From assembly GCA_002451465.1 (NCBI GenBank), contig DKCJ01000006.1, forward strand, positions 10,373 through 74,372: DNA of 64,000 bases, read 5' to 3'. The notes below the pieces were generated by a model. The model was not told the DNA's origin and did no database searches. It worked only from the letters and a program-made list of their open reading frames with translations. This DNA is from Bacillales bacterium UBA6877 (GTDB lineage: Bacteria; Bacillota_I; Bacilli_A; RFN20; CAG-826). Below are positions 8,268 to 18,854 of this stretch, in pieces. The stretch's first letter is position 1. Every line of letters begins with the position of its first letter. The translations under genes were made by a program, and so were the position numbers.

Positions 8268-10244
8268 CTATAATTCACTCTTTAAATCAAATAAAGCATC
8301 TCTTAATTTTATAGCTTTTTCAAAATCAAATTCCTTTGCTGCTTTTTTCATTTCAGATTCAAGTTGAGCGACCTTCTTTTTAATTTCACTCTTACTTAAT
8401 TTACCTTTATTTTCAATTGCCTCTTCATCCGCTTTTTTGAAATTTGTTATAGGAGGTTTGATTTCTTTTATAATTGTTTCAGGAACAATACCATTCTCTT
8501 CATTATATTTCTCTTGAATGCTTCTTCTTCTATTAGTTTCATTTATACATAACTTCATTGATTCAGTTATAGAATCTGCATACATAATAGCTAATCCATT
8601 TTTATTTCTTGCAGCTCTTCCAACAACTTGTATTAATGAACGTTCGCTTCTTAAAAAGCCTTCTTTATCAGCATCTAAAATACCAATTAAACTAACTTCT
8701 GGAATATCAAGACCTTCTCTTAAAAGATTAATACCAACTAACACATCATATTTCCCTTTTCGCAATTGATATATAATTTCGCTTCTTTCAAGAGTTTTGC
8801 ATTCACTATGTAAATAAACTGTTTTAATACCTTTTTCTTTTAAATATTTTGTTAAATCTTCAGCCATTTTAATGGTCAAAGTAACAATCATAGTTCTTTC
8901 ATGTCTTTCAATTCTCTTTTTAATTTCGTAAATTAAATCATCAACTTGATTCAAAGTTGGTCGAACCTCAATTTTTGGGTCTAATAAACCCGTTGGACGA
9001 ATAATTTGTTCAGCAAAAACATGATGCGTTAATTCAAGCTCATAATCTCCAGGTGTAGCCGAAGTAAATATAACTTGTGAAATTTCTCCTTCAAATTCTT
9101 TAAAATTTAAAGGTCTATTATCAAGTGCACTAGGTAATCTAAAACCATAGTCAACCAAAGTTTGTTTTCTTGAATGATCACCATTATACATACCACGAAT
9201 TTGTGGTATTGAAACATGAGATTCATCAATAAACATAAGATAATCTTTCCCAAAATAGTCTAATAAACAAAATGGTTTTTCACCAGGTTTTCTTCGATCA
9301 ATATAGCGAGCATAATTTTCAATTCCAGGACAGATTCCAAATTCTTGAAGATTTTCAACATCTTGATTAGTTCTCATCTCAATTCTTTCTGCTTCAAGTA
9401 ATTTTCCTTCTTTTTTAAAATAGTCAACACGCTCCTTTAAGTCATCAAGAATTTGTTCACAAACGCTTTTCACACGTTCAAAAGTCGAAGCATGATCGTA
9501 AGCAGGAAAAATTGGATAGGTTTTAAAGGACTCTAATACTTCGCCCGTAACAAAATTAACACTACTAATCGACTCAACTTCATCATCAAAAGTAGAAACT
9601 CTAATAAATTTCTCCTTTGAAGATATTGGAAAAATATCAATTATGTCACCATTTACTCTAAATTTTCCAGGACCAAAATCAATATTGTTTTTCTTATATT
9701 GAGATTCAATTAATCTCTTTAAGAACTCTTTTCTATTTATCTTTTCATCTACTCTTACATCAAAAACAAGCTTAATATATTCGCTTGGATCTGTTAAACC
9801 ATAAATTGAAGCAACCGATGCAACAACAATTGTATCTTTCCTTTCAAGAACAGAATTAATTGCACTAGTTCTCATCATTTCAATTTCTTCATTCATTAAA
9901 GCACTTTTATCAATATATGTATCACTTGATGGGATATAGGCTTCTGGTTGATAAAAATCGAAATTACTAACAAAATATTCAACTCTATTATTAGGAAAAA
10001 GATTTTTCATTTCTTCGTAAACTTGCCCAGCTAGTGTTTTATTTGGTTCTAAAATTATCGTTGGTTTTTGTGTTCTTTCTATAACATTAGCCATGGTAAA
10101 GGTTTTACCAGTTCCGGTTGCCCCAAGCAATACTTGATATTTTTCATGGTTATTTATACCATCTACTAATTGTTTAATTGCTTTAGGTTGATCACCTGTA
10201 GGTTTAAAATTACTAACTATTTTAAATGGATTATTTGTTATCAT
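8268..10244 (-). CDS. uvrB: Excinuclease ABC subunit B
   Basis: Walker A GATGTGKTF, the YFVSNFDFYQPEAY beta-hairpin region, helicase motifs (DESH, QVVGRAARN) and a C-terminal UVR domain KAAKEFDFEKAIKLRDAL. Confidence 0.97.
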   Translation of the reverse strand: MITNNPFKIVSNFKPTGDQPKAIKQLVDGINNHEKYQVLLGATGTGKTFTMANVIERTQKPTIILEPNKTLAGQVYEEMKNLFPNNRVEYFVSNFDFYQPEAYIPSSDTYIDKSALMNEEIEMMRTSAINSVLERKDTIVVASVASIYGLTDPSEYIKLVFDVRVDEKINRKEFLKRLIESQYKKNNIDFGPGKFRVNGDIIDIFPISSKEKFIRVSTFDDEVESISSVNFVTGEVLESFKTYPIFPAYDHASTFERVKSVCEQILDDLKERVDYFKKEGKLLEAERIEMRTNQDVENLQEFGICPGIENYARYIDRRKPGEKPFCLLDYFGKDYLMFIDESHVSIPQIRGMYNGDHSRKQTLVDYGFRLPSALDNRPLNFKEFEGEISQVIFTSATPGDYELELTHHVFAEQIIRPTGLLDPKIEVRPTLNQVDDLIYEIKKRIERHERTMIVTLTIKMAEDLTKYLKEKGIKTVYLHSECKTLERSEIIYQLRKGKYDVLVGINLLREGLDIPEVSLIGILDADKEGFLRSERSLIQVVGRAARNKNGLAIMYADSITESMKLCINETNRRRSIQEKYNEENGIVPETIIKEIKPPITNFKKADEEAIENKGKLSKSEIKKKVAQLESEMKKAAKEFDFEKAIKLRDALFDLKSEL

Positions 10245-11277
10245 TTTTCTTTCCTTTTTTATTAAATAAATCTTTTTTTAGCATATTGATTGTATTGTCT
10301 TTTGATGAAATAAGAGGCGTCCAACCATAACCATTTACTTGCTTTGCTTGATAACATACTAAAAAAGCATTTGGGTCAATCTTTGCGATTTCATTTTTAA
10401 TTTTCACAAATTCACGTGTCCTTATAACTACTCTAATAACCTTACGATTTATTTTAGAAAAACCACCAATTGCATCATAAATAGTTGATGATCTTTTAAG
10501 ATTTGAAATAACATAATCATTAATTTCTTTATATTTAGTTGTATTTATATCAATGACTAAACCAGAACCAATGTTATAAATAATATCTATCATTAATGAT
10601 GCTATTCCAGCACTTAAAATACCAATAAGTGCACTATAAACACCAAAAGAACTCCTATTTATAATACTTATTATTAAACCCACACTAATAATTAAACCAT
10701 CACATAATAAACTTAAAATGCTAGTTTTAATGTTAGTAAATTTATTAATTATAAAAACCAAAACATCAATACCACCAGTTGAGCCGCCACCATTAAAAGT
10801 GATAGCGCAACCAATGCCTGTTAAAGCTCCTCCAGCAATTGCTATAATAATCAATCTTCCAAAATCCATAAGTTCTAAATTGGTAACGATAAGACTACCA
10901 TTACTTAATTGCACTTCCATTCCATCAACAACCAATAATGAAATAATATTAAAACCTATATTTGTCCTTAACAAAATAGACAACAAAATAGGATAAAAAA
11001 TCGTAGCAATTAAAGTCGATAACGAAAATTTTATTCCAAGAAATATAACTCCAAAAACAAAAAGCGTCCACATTATAATATATGACCAAGCATCAACGCT
11101 TAAAAATCCAAGTTTACTTAAAAGTATTCCAATGCTACCAACTCCACCACTAACAATAGAAAAAGGAACCAAAAAAATACCAGTACCTAATGCTAGAATA
11201 ATTGTTCCTAACAATGTCAAAGAAATACTTTTAAAACTACTTCTTAAATCAATTTTTAAAAAATTATTTCTAATCAT
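10231..11277 (-). CDS. YitT family membrane protein (with C-terminal DUF2179 domain)
   Basis: Multi-TM region with GGVGSIGIL / [10 protein letters not shown] glycine motifs typical of YitT, plus a soluble C-terminal domain. Start moved to ATG 11277 behind AAGGAAA. Confidence 0.75.
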   Translation of the reverse strand: MIRNNFLKIDLRSSFKSISLTLLGTIILALGTGIFLVPFSIVSGGVGSIGILLSKLGFLSVDAWSYIIMWTLFVFGVIFLGIKFSLSTLIATIFYPILLSILLRTNIGFNIISLLVVDGMEVQLSNGSLIVTNLELMDFGRLIIIAIAGGALTGIGCAITFNGGGSTGGIDVLVFIINKFTNIKTSILSLLCDGLIISVGLIISIINRSSFGVYSALIGILSAGIASLMIDIIYNIGSGLVIDINTTKYKEINDYVISNLKRSSTIYDAIGGFSKINRKVIRVVIRTREFVKIKNEIAKIDPNAFLVCYQAKQVNGYGWTPLISSKDNTINMLKKDLFNKKGKKNDNK

Positions 11278-12386
11278 TTTTAATATTTCCTTTGGCAACA
11301 TATTCTAGATAGCCAAATACAAATTTATTAATATCGCCATCCATTACGTTTTCTATCTGAGTGTCTTCAATACCAGTCCTATTATCTTTAACAAGAGTAT
11401 ATGGGCAAAAAACGTAACTCCTAATTTGACTGCCCCATTCAATATTTTTCTTTTGACCGATGATATTATTTAATTTCTCTTCGTTTTTCTCTTTTTCTAA
11501 TTCATATAATTTAGAGCGAAGCATATTCATGGCCATTTCTTTATTTTTTATTTGAAACCTATCAATTTGACAAGAAACAACAATCCCGGTAGGAATATGC
11601 GTAATTCTTACAGCGGTCTCTACTTTGTTAACATTTTGTCCACCAGCACCACTTGCTCTATAAGTATCAATTTTTAGATCAGAATCCTTAATTTCAATAT
11701 CGATATCATTATCAAATTCAGGAACAACATTTACGCTTGCAAAAGAGGTATGTCTTCTTTTATTTGCATCAAAAGGTGATATTCTAACTAATCTATGTAC
11801 ACCTTTTTCGCCTTTTAATAAACCATATGCATATTTTCCGCTTATAAGAAGAGTAACAGACTTAATCCCCGCCTCTTCGCCTACTTCATAATCAGCAATT
11901 TTGTAAACTAAATTATTTCTTTCACAAAATCTAGTGTACATTCTTAATAACATATTAGCCCAATCACAAGCCTCGGTTCCGCCAGCACCAGGATGAATAT
12001 CTAAAATACAATTAAGATTATCAAATTTTCCACTAAAAAGAACGATATGCTTTAGCTCCGATAAGTTCTTCATCATTTCTTTATATTCATCGCTTGCTAA
12101 CTCAATCATTTCAGTGTCATTAACATCAAGCGTATCAAAAACTTCTAATAAATCATTAATTTCTTTATTAGTTTTTAAAAATAATTCTTTTTTATGAATT
12201 AATTCGTTTTTATGATCAATTATTTTACTGGCTTCACGTTGATTAAGCCAAAATTTATCATCACCACTTTGTTTATCAATAGAATTTATTTCTTCATCAA
12301 TTTTAGGGAGGTCAAAGAGAATTACCGAGCTTGGTAATCTCTACTTTTGCCTCATTTAATCCTTCCTTTAATAAATATAATTCCAT
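11270..12386 (-). CDS. prfB: Peptide chain release factor 2, requires programmed +1 frameshift
   Basis: Frame 0: ATG 12386, [24 protein letters not shown], then TGA at 12314-12312. The +1 frame from 12313 ([30 protein letters not shown]...) runs in the same frame into ORF 11270..12109. SPF motif (RISPFDA) and GGQ ([26 protein letters not shown]) are present. Confidence 0.93.
12311..12317 (-). other. RF2 autoregulatory recoding site CTT TGA C
   Basis: Minus-strand sequence ...GGT AAT TCT CTT TGA CCT... is the universal prfB shift heptamer. No strong Shine-Dalgarno-like element lies directly upstream. Confidence 0.9.
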
Positions 12387-12397
12387 TTTAAATATCC

Positions 12398-15043
12398 TTA
12401 GTTTGTATGAATTCTAGATTCATCAACATCCGCTGCAGCTTTTTTATCTTTATCAATGTCGCTAATATTTAAATTTGTTTCTACTTTAGCTTCTTCTTTT
12501 TTAACAACCTCAACTTTAGGTTCAATGGTAGTTTTAGCAACATCAGCATTTGGTAATGCTTCATCAACACCTTTATCACTAACAATTGGCTTTGCATTAT
12601 CATCTTTATTGATAACAGTCTTTGCCTTTTCAACTGCTTCTTCTTGTTTAGCAACATCATTGTTTGCAACAAAAGTATCCTTCTTTACAGATTCTTCTTT
12701 CTTTTCAACTTTTACATTAAGTAAATTTAAGACTACCTCAAGAGAAATAACTTCATTCATTTCTCTAAACATTGCCCAACCTTCATTAACATAATCTTGT
12801 AATGGGTTAATTTGTGCATAAGATCTTAAAGAAACTGATTCTCTAAATCTTGCCATATTATCAATTTGTTGAGTCCAATTACGATCAATAATTCTTAATG
12901 TTAATTCTCTTTCAAGTTTCTCAGCAAATTCTTTATCCCAGGCTTTTTTACGTCTTAAATAGGCATCTAATAAAACTTCGCCTAAATCTTCGCCTGCATC
13001 ATTTGCATCAGCATCATCATATAAAGAAGAATCAAATTCTTCAGGTTGTAAAAATCTTGGAACAACTAAATTTTGTAATAATTTTCCATCAATTAAGTTC
13101 TTTGATTTTTCATCCTCAGGAACAGCACGCTTACATAAAGCTTTACCACAATCAGTAAATATCTCAACCATTAAATCGCTAATGTCTTTAGCAAAAAGAA
13201 TTTTATCTCTTTTTGCATACATAATTGATCTTTGTTTGCTTAAAACATCATCGTAATCAAGTAAACTCTTACGTACATCAAAGTTTTGTCCCTCAATACG
13301 CTTTTGTGCAGAAGTTATTGCAGCAGTAAGGGCTTTTGATTCAATTGGATCATCACCACATGCAGCAAATATTTTTCTTAAATTATCATTTGCAAAACGT
13401 ACCATTAATTCATCATCAAGAGAAACATAGAATCTAGAGAATCCTGGATCTCCTTGACGTCCGCTACGTCCACGTAATTGATTATCAATACGTCGTGATT
13501 CGTGTCTTTCAAGACCGAAGACACATAAACCACCAAGTTTTCTTGTTTCATCAGTAAGCTTAATATCGGTTCCACGACCAGCCATATTTGTTGCTAAAGT
13601 AATATGACCTAACTCGCCAGCATGAGCAACAATTTCAGCTTCTCTTTCGTGGTTCTTCGCGTTTAACATATCATATTTAAGACCGGCTTTATCAAGATAA
13701 CTTGCAACTTCTTCACTAGCTTCAACAGATGGAGTACCAATTAAAATTGGTTGACCAGTTGCGTGACGTTGAGCTACTTCTTTAACGAGAGCTTTAATTT
13801 TTGCTTCTTTAGTTGCAAAAACATAATCTGGAGCATCAATTCTTTTAATAGGACGATTGGTTGGAATAACAACAACGTTCATATTATAAATTTTTCTAAA
13901 TTCTTCTTCTTCGGTTTTAGCAGTACCAGTCATACCACCAATCTTTTTAAATAATCTAAAGAAGTTTTGGTAAGTAATTGTGGCAAGCGTTGAAGTTTCT
14001 TCTTTAATTTCAACGCCTTCTTTTGCTTGAATAGCTTGTTGAAGGCCATCACTATATTCACGACCTTTCAAAATACGACCAGTAAATGAGTCAATCAATT
14101 GAATTTCTCTATTTTGGTCAACAAGATACTCAACATCTCTTGTCATAATATAATTAGCTTTTAAGGCTTGTTGAATTCTATGAACCAATTCTTGATATTG
14201 TGGATCATAGATATTTTTAATTCCAAACATCTTATCAGCTTTGTTATTTCCACTTTCAGTTAAAGCAACAGTTTTATCTTTAACATCAATTACATAATCA
14301 ACATCTTTTTTAAGGTATTTTACAAATCTATCAGCAACAATATATTGAGATGCAGTTGCTTTTTTACCACCAGAAATAATTAAAGGAGTTCTAGATTCAT
14401 CAATTAAAATGCTATCAGCTTCATCAATAACTGCAAAATTTAAACTTCTTAAGACACGTCTATCAGCTGATTGAGTCATATTATCACGAAGATAATCAAA
14501 GCCAAGTTCACTATTAATAGTGTATGTAATATCGCAAGCATGTGCTGCTTTCTTTTCGCTATTACTTAAGCTATGTAAATTAACACCTACAGTTAATCCT
14601 AAAAATCTATAAACTTGTCCCATCCATTGAGCGTCACGAGTTGCTAAATATTCGTTAACAGTAACAACATGGACTCCTTTACCTTCAAGAGCATTTAAAT
14701 AAACTGCCATAGTACAAGTCAATGTTTTACCTTCACCTGTACGCATTTCAGCAATTTCACCATCATTTAAAACAAGAGAACCAATAATTTGAACTTCGAA
14801 AGGAAATTGTCCAAGTGTTCTTTTCGCAGCTTCTCTACAAACAGCAAAAGCCTCGACTTTTATATCTTCTAATGTTTTACCTTCTGCAAGTAATTTTTTG
14901 AAATATGGAGTCTTTGCTCTTAATTCTTCATCGCTTAATTTAGCCATGCTATCTGCTAAAGCTTCGACTTTTTTTGCCTCTTTTTTATATTTTTTTAAAA
15001 CTCTTTCATCTACTCTAAATAACTTTTCAATAAAATTTCCCAT
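12398..15043 (-). CDS. secA: Preprotein translocase ATPase SecA
   Basis: MRTGEGKTL, VTVNEYLATRDA, VIDEADSILIDESRTPLIISG and TNMAGRGTDIKL motifs. Start moved to ATG 15043 (the GTG of the ORF track lies inside the AAGGTGGA RBS). Cys-free K/E/D-rich C-terminal tail. Confidence 0.97.
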   Translation of the reverse strand: MGNFIEKLFRVDERVLKKYKKEAKKVEALADSMAKLSDEELRAKTPYFKKLLAEGKTLEDIKVEAFAVCREAAKRTLGQFPFEVQIIGSLVLNDGEIAEMRTGEGKTLTCTMAVYLNALEGKGVHVVTVNEYLATRDAQWMGQVYRFLGLTVGVNLHSLSNSEKKAAHACDITYTINSELGFDYLRDNMTQSADRRVLRSLNFAVIDEADSILIDESRTPLIISGGKKATASQYIVADRFVKYLKKDVDYVIDVKDKTVALTESGNNKADKMFGIKNIYDPQYQELVHRIQQALKANYIMTRDVEYLVDQNREIQLIDSFTGRILKGREYSDGLQQAIQAKEGVEIKEETSTLATITYQNFFRLFKKIGGMTGTAKTEEEEFRKIYNMNVVVIPTNRPIKRIDAPDYVFATKEAKIKALVKEVAQRHATGQPILIGTPSVEASEEVASYLDKAGLKYDMLNAKNHEREAEIVAHAGELGHITLATNMAGRGTDIKLTDETRKLGGLCVFGLERHESRRIDNQLRGRSGRQGDPGFSRFYVSLDDELMVRFANDNLRKIFAACGDDPIESKALTAAITSAQKRIEGQNFDVRKSLLDYDDVLSKQRSIMYAKRDKILFAKDISDLMVEIFTDCGKALCKRAVPEDEKSKNLIDGKLLQNLVVPRFLQPEEFDSSLYDDADANDAGEDLGEVLLDAYLRRKKAWDKEFAEKLERELTLRIIDRNWTQQIDNMARFRESVSLRSYAQINPLQDYVNEGWAMFREMNEVISLEVVLNLLNVKVEKKEESVKKDTFVANNDVAKQEEAVEKAKTVINKDDNAKPIVSDKGVDEALPNADVAKTTIEPKVEVVKKEEAKVETNLNISDIDKDKKAAADVDESRIHTN

Positions 15044-15150
15044 AACATCCACCTTGAATTAACATTTATAAATTTTGAAAATACCGATATACAAAGGTAT
15101 CAAACGCATTAATTATACTATATCAATAATTTACTTGCATAATTTTCTAC

Positions 15151-15798
15151 TTATTTCAAAAGATTTTTGGCAATACACAAGATTTTAATGTCTTTTACAT
15201 GACTTTTTTTAAGTAATTTAATCGCTGCTTGCATAGAACTTCCAGTTGTTACAATGTCATCGACCAAAAGAATTCTTTCATTTTTTAAATTAATACCATT
15301 TTTAATATCCATAAAATTAGAAATATTTTGTCTTTCCTTAAATGTAAGCTCCTTTTGTTTAATGTTTTTTGTCTTTATTAAACAATTTAAAATAGGTAGT
15401 CTTAAAGATTTAAAAATTTCTACAACGTGATTATATCCTCTTTTTAAATCATCCTCAAAATAAGAGGGAATTGGAACAATTTTATATCCATGATACTTAA
15501 TTTTAAATTCGCTTTTAAATTGCGAAAGAAAAACATCTTTTAATTCATAATCTTCCAAACCTTTATAAAGAAAAATCAAATCTTTAACTAAATCTTTATA
15601 CTCATATATAGCCAATCCATCAATATCATCTATTTTAAATTTTAAAAAGATTGGGTTTAATTTCTTAATGCAAGACTCACAGATAAAGATATCTTTATTA
15701 AATATATTATGAAAATGAAAACTTGTTATATCTTTAAAGCAAATTTTGCAGATAGGTGTTTGCTTCTTTTGTTTTTTTAATTGCTTCAACCATTTCAT
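15151..15798 (-). CDS. comFC: ComF family protein (ComFC-like phosphoribosyltransferase-fold)
   Basis: N-terminal CKIC...CESC zinc-ribbon and C-terminal PRTase motif ILLVDDIVTTGSS. Overlaps the comFA end by 65 nt, so the start is uncertain. Confidence 0.75.
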   Translation of the reverse strand: MKWLKQLKKQKKQTPICKICFKDITSFHFHNIFNKDIFICESCIKKLNPIFLKFKIDDIDGLAIYEYKDLVKDLIFLYKGLEDYELKDVFLSQFKSEFKIKYHGYKIVPIPSYFEDDLKRGYNHVVEIFKSLRLPILNCLIKTKNIKQKELTFKERQNISNFMDIKNGINLKNERILLVDDIVTTGSSMQAAIKLLKKSHVKDIKILCIAKNLLK

Positions 15799-16906
15799 TT
15801 GTTTTCTTACTTCCTAAATAAATCACCTCTCCATCTGTTGCGCCATAAACTCTCCCAACTCTTCCAGAAATTTGTATTAAACTTGCCGAATTATAAATTT
15901 GATGATCAGAATCATAAACAATGACCTGTAGATTTTTTACAGTAACTCCTCTTTCTAAAACCGCAGTTGTTATTAAAAAGTCATACTTTTTATTTCGGAA
16001 GCCATTTATTACTTCACTACGATTTTCAATTTTAGAATTTACAAAATTACCATTTTTTACAAATATATTTATGATTTTAAACAAAGATTCAGAATCATCA
16101 ATCGTGGGAACAAATACAAAACATGGTAATTTTTTTATTTTGTATTCTTTTAACTTCTTAATTAAAAAAATTATCTTCAACAAACCAGGCCTAATAACAA
16201 CTTTTGGTATAGGAATTGGTTTCATATGATACCTTGTAAATAATTTAAGTATTTTGTGTCCTGGTTTTTTAAATTCTTCAAGGACCGAAGGGGAAGGCGT
16301 TGCCGACATAAGAATATAATTCCCTTTTATGCTTTTTTTAAAAAAATTAATCAAAACATCATTATCTTTATACGGAAACGCATCTATTTCATCCAAGATT
16401 AAAAGGTCGAAAAAGTTATGATATCGGTAAAGTTGATGGGTTGTTAAAACAATAATGTCGCCATTTAAAATATTTGTGTTACCTCCATACACGCTTACAA
16501 CATTATTATTAATAAACGTATTTTTAAATCTTACTAGCAGTTCTCTAACTACATCTTTTCTAGGTATAGCAAAACCAACTTTGTACGCATGTTTCAAAGC
16601 ATATTCAATTACACTAAAAACTAGTTCAGTCTTACCAGCCCCACAAACTGCATAAATAAGAGTATTAAATCCATTTATATAATTTGTTTTTACTTCATTA
16701 GAAATTCGTAGTTGTTCCTTACTTAATGGATATTTAAGTACAGCCGATGAGTTAATGGGTGGGTATGTTTCATCGTCAGTAACTTCTTCACCATAAAAAG
16801 AAATGCATCTTCTGCAATATGGTTTCCCATTACGCTTACCAATGTAACGTAAGTCTTCATTACCACATATTGGACAAATATATTTTATAAAAAATTCCCC
16901 TTTCAC
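15734..16906 (-). CDS. comFA: ComFA-like DEAD/DEAH-box helicase (competence-associated)
   Basis: N-terminal zinc finger CPICG...CRRC, Walker A AVCGAGKTE, DEID box LLILDEIDAF and helicase C motif QISGRVGR. Apparent GTG start with no good RBS. Confidence 0.75.
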   Translation of the reverse strand: MKGEFFIKYICPICGNEDLRYIGKRNGKPYCRRCISFYGEEVTDDETYPPINSSAVLKYPLSKEQLRISNEVKTNYINGFNTLIYAVCGAGKTELVFSVIEYALKHAYKVGFAIPRKDVVRELLVRFKNTFINNNVVSVYGGNTNILNGDIIVLTTHQLYRYHNFFDLLILDEIDAFPYKDNDVLINFFKKSIKGNYILMSATPSPSVLEEFKKPGHKILKLFTRYHMKPIPIPKVVIRPGLLKIIFLIKKLKEYKIKKLPCFVFVPTIDDSESLFKIINIFVKNGNFVNSKIENRSEVINGFRNKKYDFLITTAVLERGVTVKNLQVIVYDSDHQIYNSASLIQISGRVGRVYGATDGEVIYLGSKKTNEMVEAIKKTKEANTYLQNLL

Positions 16907-16933
16907 TAATATTACTAGGGGAATTTTGAAATT

Positions 16934-17377
16934 TTACGAATTTTTTTCGTAATTTATAATAGTTTCTACTCTTTTTAAGTGTCTACCACCTAAAAATTCA
17001 GCTTTTAAAAATAAATCTGTTCGGCGGATTATATCGTCAATAGGCATGAATTTAGCACCAAAAGCAAGCATATTACAATTATTATGTTGTCTCGTTAATT
17101 CAGCAACTTCATCATTGTAACCAATTCCACAACGAATCGACTTGACTTTATTAGCGGCAATAGATATGCCTTCTCCACTATTACAAATTACAATACCGAA
17201 TTTACATTCTCCACTTGCCACAAGTTCTGCGGCTTTTAAACCAAATTCAGCATAATTACAACTCTCTTGAGAATATGTTCCAACATCTATAATTTGATGT
17301 CCCTCACTCTCTAAATGTTTTTTTAATGCCTCTTTTGCTAAAAAACCACCATGGTCACAACCTAAAGCTATTTTCAT
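16934..17377 (-). CDS. rpiB: Ribose-5-phosphate isomerase B
   Basis: MKIALGCDHGGF...VICNSGEGISIAANK is the RpiB/LacAB family signature; RBS AAGGAG present. Confidence 0.9.
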   Translation of the reverse strand: MKIALGCDHGGFLAKEALKKHLESEGHQIIDVGTYSQESCNYAEFGLKAAELVASGECKFGIVICNSGEGISIAANKVKSIRCGIGYNDEVAELTRQHNNCNMLAFGAKFMPIDDIIRRTDLFLKAEFLGGRHLKRVETIINYEKNS

Positions 17378-17378
17378 A

Positions 17379-18005
17379 TTACTTTATACTCCTTAAAATT
17401 TCTTCTTTTGTTATTATACCTTGTCTTAATATAGTTAAATTACCATTTTCAATTTTTAATACAGTTGATGGTATACCATTTTTACATTCACCATCAATTA
17501 CTCCATCTATTTCATTGCTAAAAACTTTAATAACTTCGCTAGTGTTTTTGCAAGGAGATTCTCCTGACTTATTACATGAAGGGACAAAAAGTGGTTTTCC
17601 AACTTCATCAATAAGTTTTAAAACAAATTCATCATTAGGCATCCTAATTCCAATAAACCCAGTTTTTAAATCCATATAATCTGGCGTAATTATTTTTCCA
17701 TCTTTATCATATTTTTTAGCTTTTACTATTAAAGTTAATGGACCAGGCATAAATTTATCTATTATTTTTCTTACAATAATATCATCAAGATTTAAATAAG
17801 GTTCAACTTGTTTTAAATTTGAAAACATTAAGGTAAATGGTTTATCAGGTGCCCTATTTTTTACTTTTACTAAATGATTGTAATTTTCTTCTTTATCAGC
17901 TTTAACTCCTAGTCCATAAACAGTTTCGGTAGGGAAGGCTAATATTCCATCATTTTTTAAAATTTCACTTGCTTCTTTAATTTCTTTCTTATTTAATACT
18001 TTCAA
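17379..18005 (-). CDS. tsaC: L-threonylcarbamoyladenylate synthase (TsaC/YwlC/Sua5 family)
   Basis: ILAFPTETVYGLG and PSCNKSGE motifs. I prefer the TTG start at 18005, directly behind GGAGGATATAAT, over the ORF-track start at 18047. Confidence 0.75.
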   Translation of the reverse strand: MKVLNKKEIKEASEILKNDGILAFPTETVYGLGVKADKEENYNHLVKVKNRAPDKPFTLMFSNLKQVEPYLNLDDIIVRKIIDKFMPGPLTLIVKAKKYDKDGKIITPDYMDLKTGFIGIRMPNDEFVLKLIDEVGKPLFVPSCNKSGESPCKNTSEVIKVFSNEIDGVIDGECKNGIPSTVLKIENGNLTILRQGIITKEEILRSIK

Positions 18006-18852
18006 AATTATATCCTCCAAAGATAAATAAAAATCTATCTTTACCATAAAAATCTTTTTTAAAAGAAAAACTTATATTTTTATCAAAATATTTATGAATA
18101 AGATTTGTAAGTCTTTCTTTTTGATCATAATTTATCTCAAAAGCCATAAAAAATTTTTCATTCATAACTTTTTTATAGTTTTTAAAATATGTTTCATAAA
18201 AATAAGTACCATCTTCAACGTATATTGCATTTATCGGCTCGTTTTCTAAAACATTATCATCTATATCGCTTTTATTTTGCACATAAGGCGGATTTGAAAT
18301 CAATATATCTATTTTTATTTTATTATCAATAAATGGATTTAAACAATCGCCCTTTAAAATTTTTATATCTAAACCAAGTTTTTCTTTATTTTTTTTCGTA
18401 ACTAAAAGAGGTATCTCAAAATTATCGCTAGCATAAACTATAGAATCTGGATAATGTTTTTTTAAGTAAAGTGCGATGCAACCTGAACCGCTACAAATAT
18501 CACCAATAACGTTTTTATTTAAATTAAATTCATCGATATAGTTTTTAATATTTGTTACGAGCTCTTCAGTTTCTGGCCTTGGAATTAAAACACCTTTTTC
18601 AATGAAAAGATTTAAATCTAAAAACGATGCCTTATTAAGCACATATTGAATAGGTTCACCATTTAATATTTTCTTTAAATTTTGTATATATATCGACTTA
18701 TTTTTTAAAATTTCATCAAAGTTTTTTATCAATTCAGTAAAGTCTTTATATCCATTTGCATCAATCAAAAGCTCATATAATACTGTATTATTTATAGATG
18801 TATTTTGAAGTTTCTTCTTTGTTTCAAGAAAAACTTCTCTATTAGTTTCCAT
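17989..18852 (-). CDS. prmC: Release-factor glutamine N5-methyltransferase
   Basis: SAM motif DICSGSGCIA and substrate motif ISNPPYV; located immediately after prfA as in most bacteria. Confidence 0.85.
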   Translation of the reverse strand: METNREVFLETKKKLQNTSINNTVLYELLIDANGYKDFTELIKNFDEILKNKSIYIQNLKKILNGEPIQYVLNKASFLDLNLFIEKGVLIPRPETEELVTNIKNYIDEFNLNKNVIGDICSGSGCIALYLKKHYPDSIVYASDNFEIPLLVTKKNKEKLGLDIKILKGDCLNPFIDNKIKIDILISNPPYVQNKSDIDDNVLENEPINAIYVEDGTYFYETYFKNYKKVMNEKFFMAFEINYDQKERLTNLIHKYFDKNISFSFKKDFYGKDRFLFIFGGYNFESIK

Positions 18853-18854
18853 TT

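Noticed and set aside
15734-15798. 65-nt comFA/comFC overlap as a sign of a frameshifted fusion gene
   Set aside because: Both ORFs are individually complete with their expected N- and C-terminal motifs (the zinc ribbon at the ComFC N-terminus, helicase motif VI near the ComFA end). The overlap more likely reflects an uncertain ComFC start.
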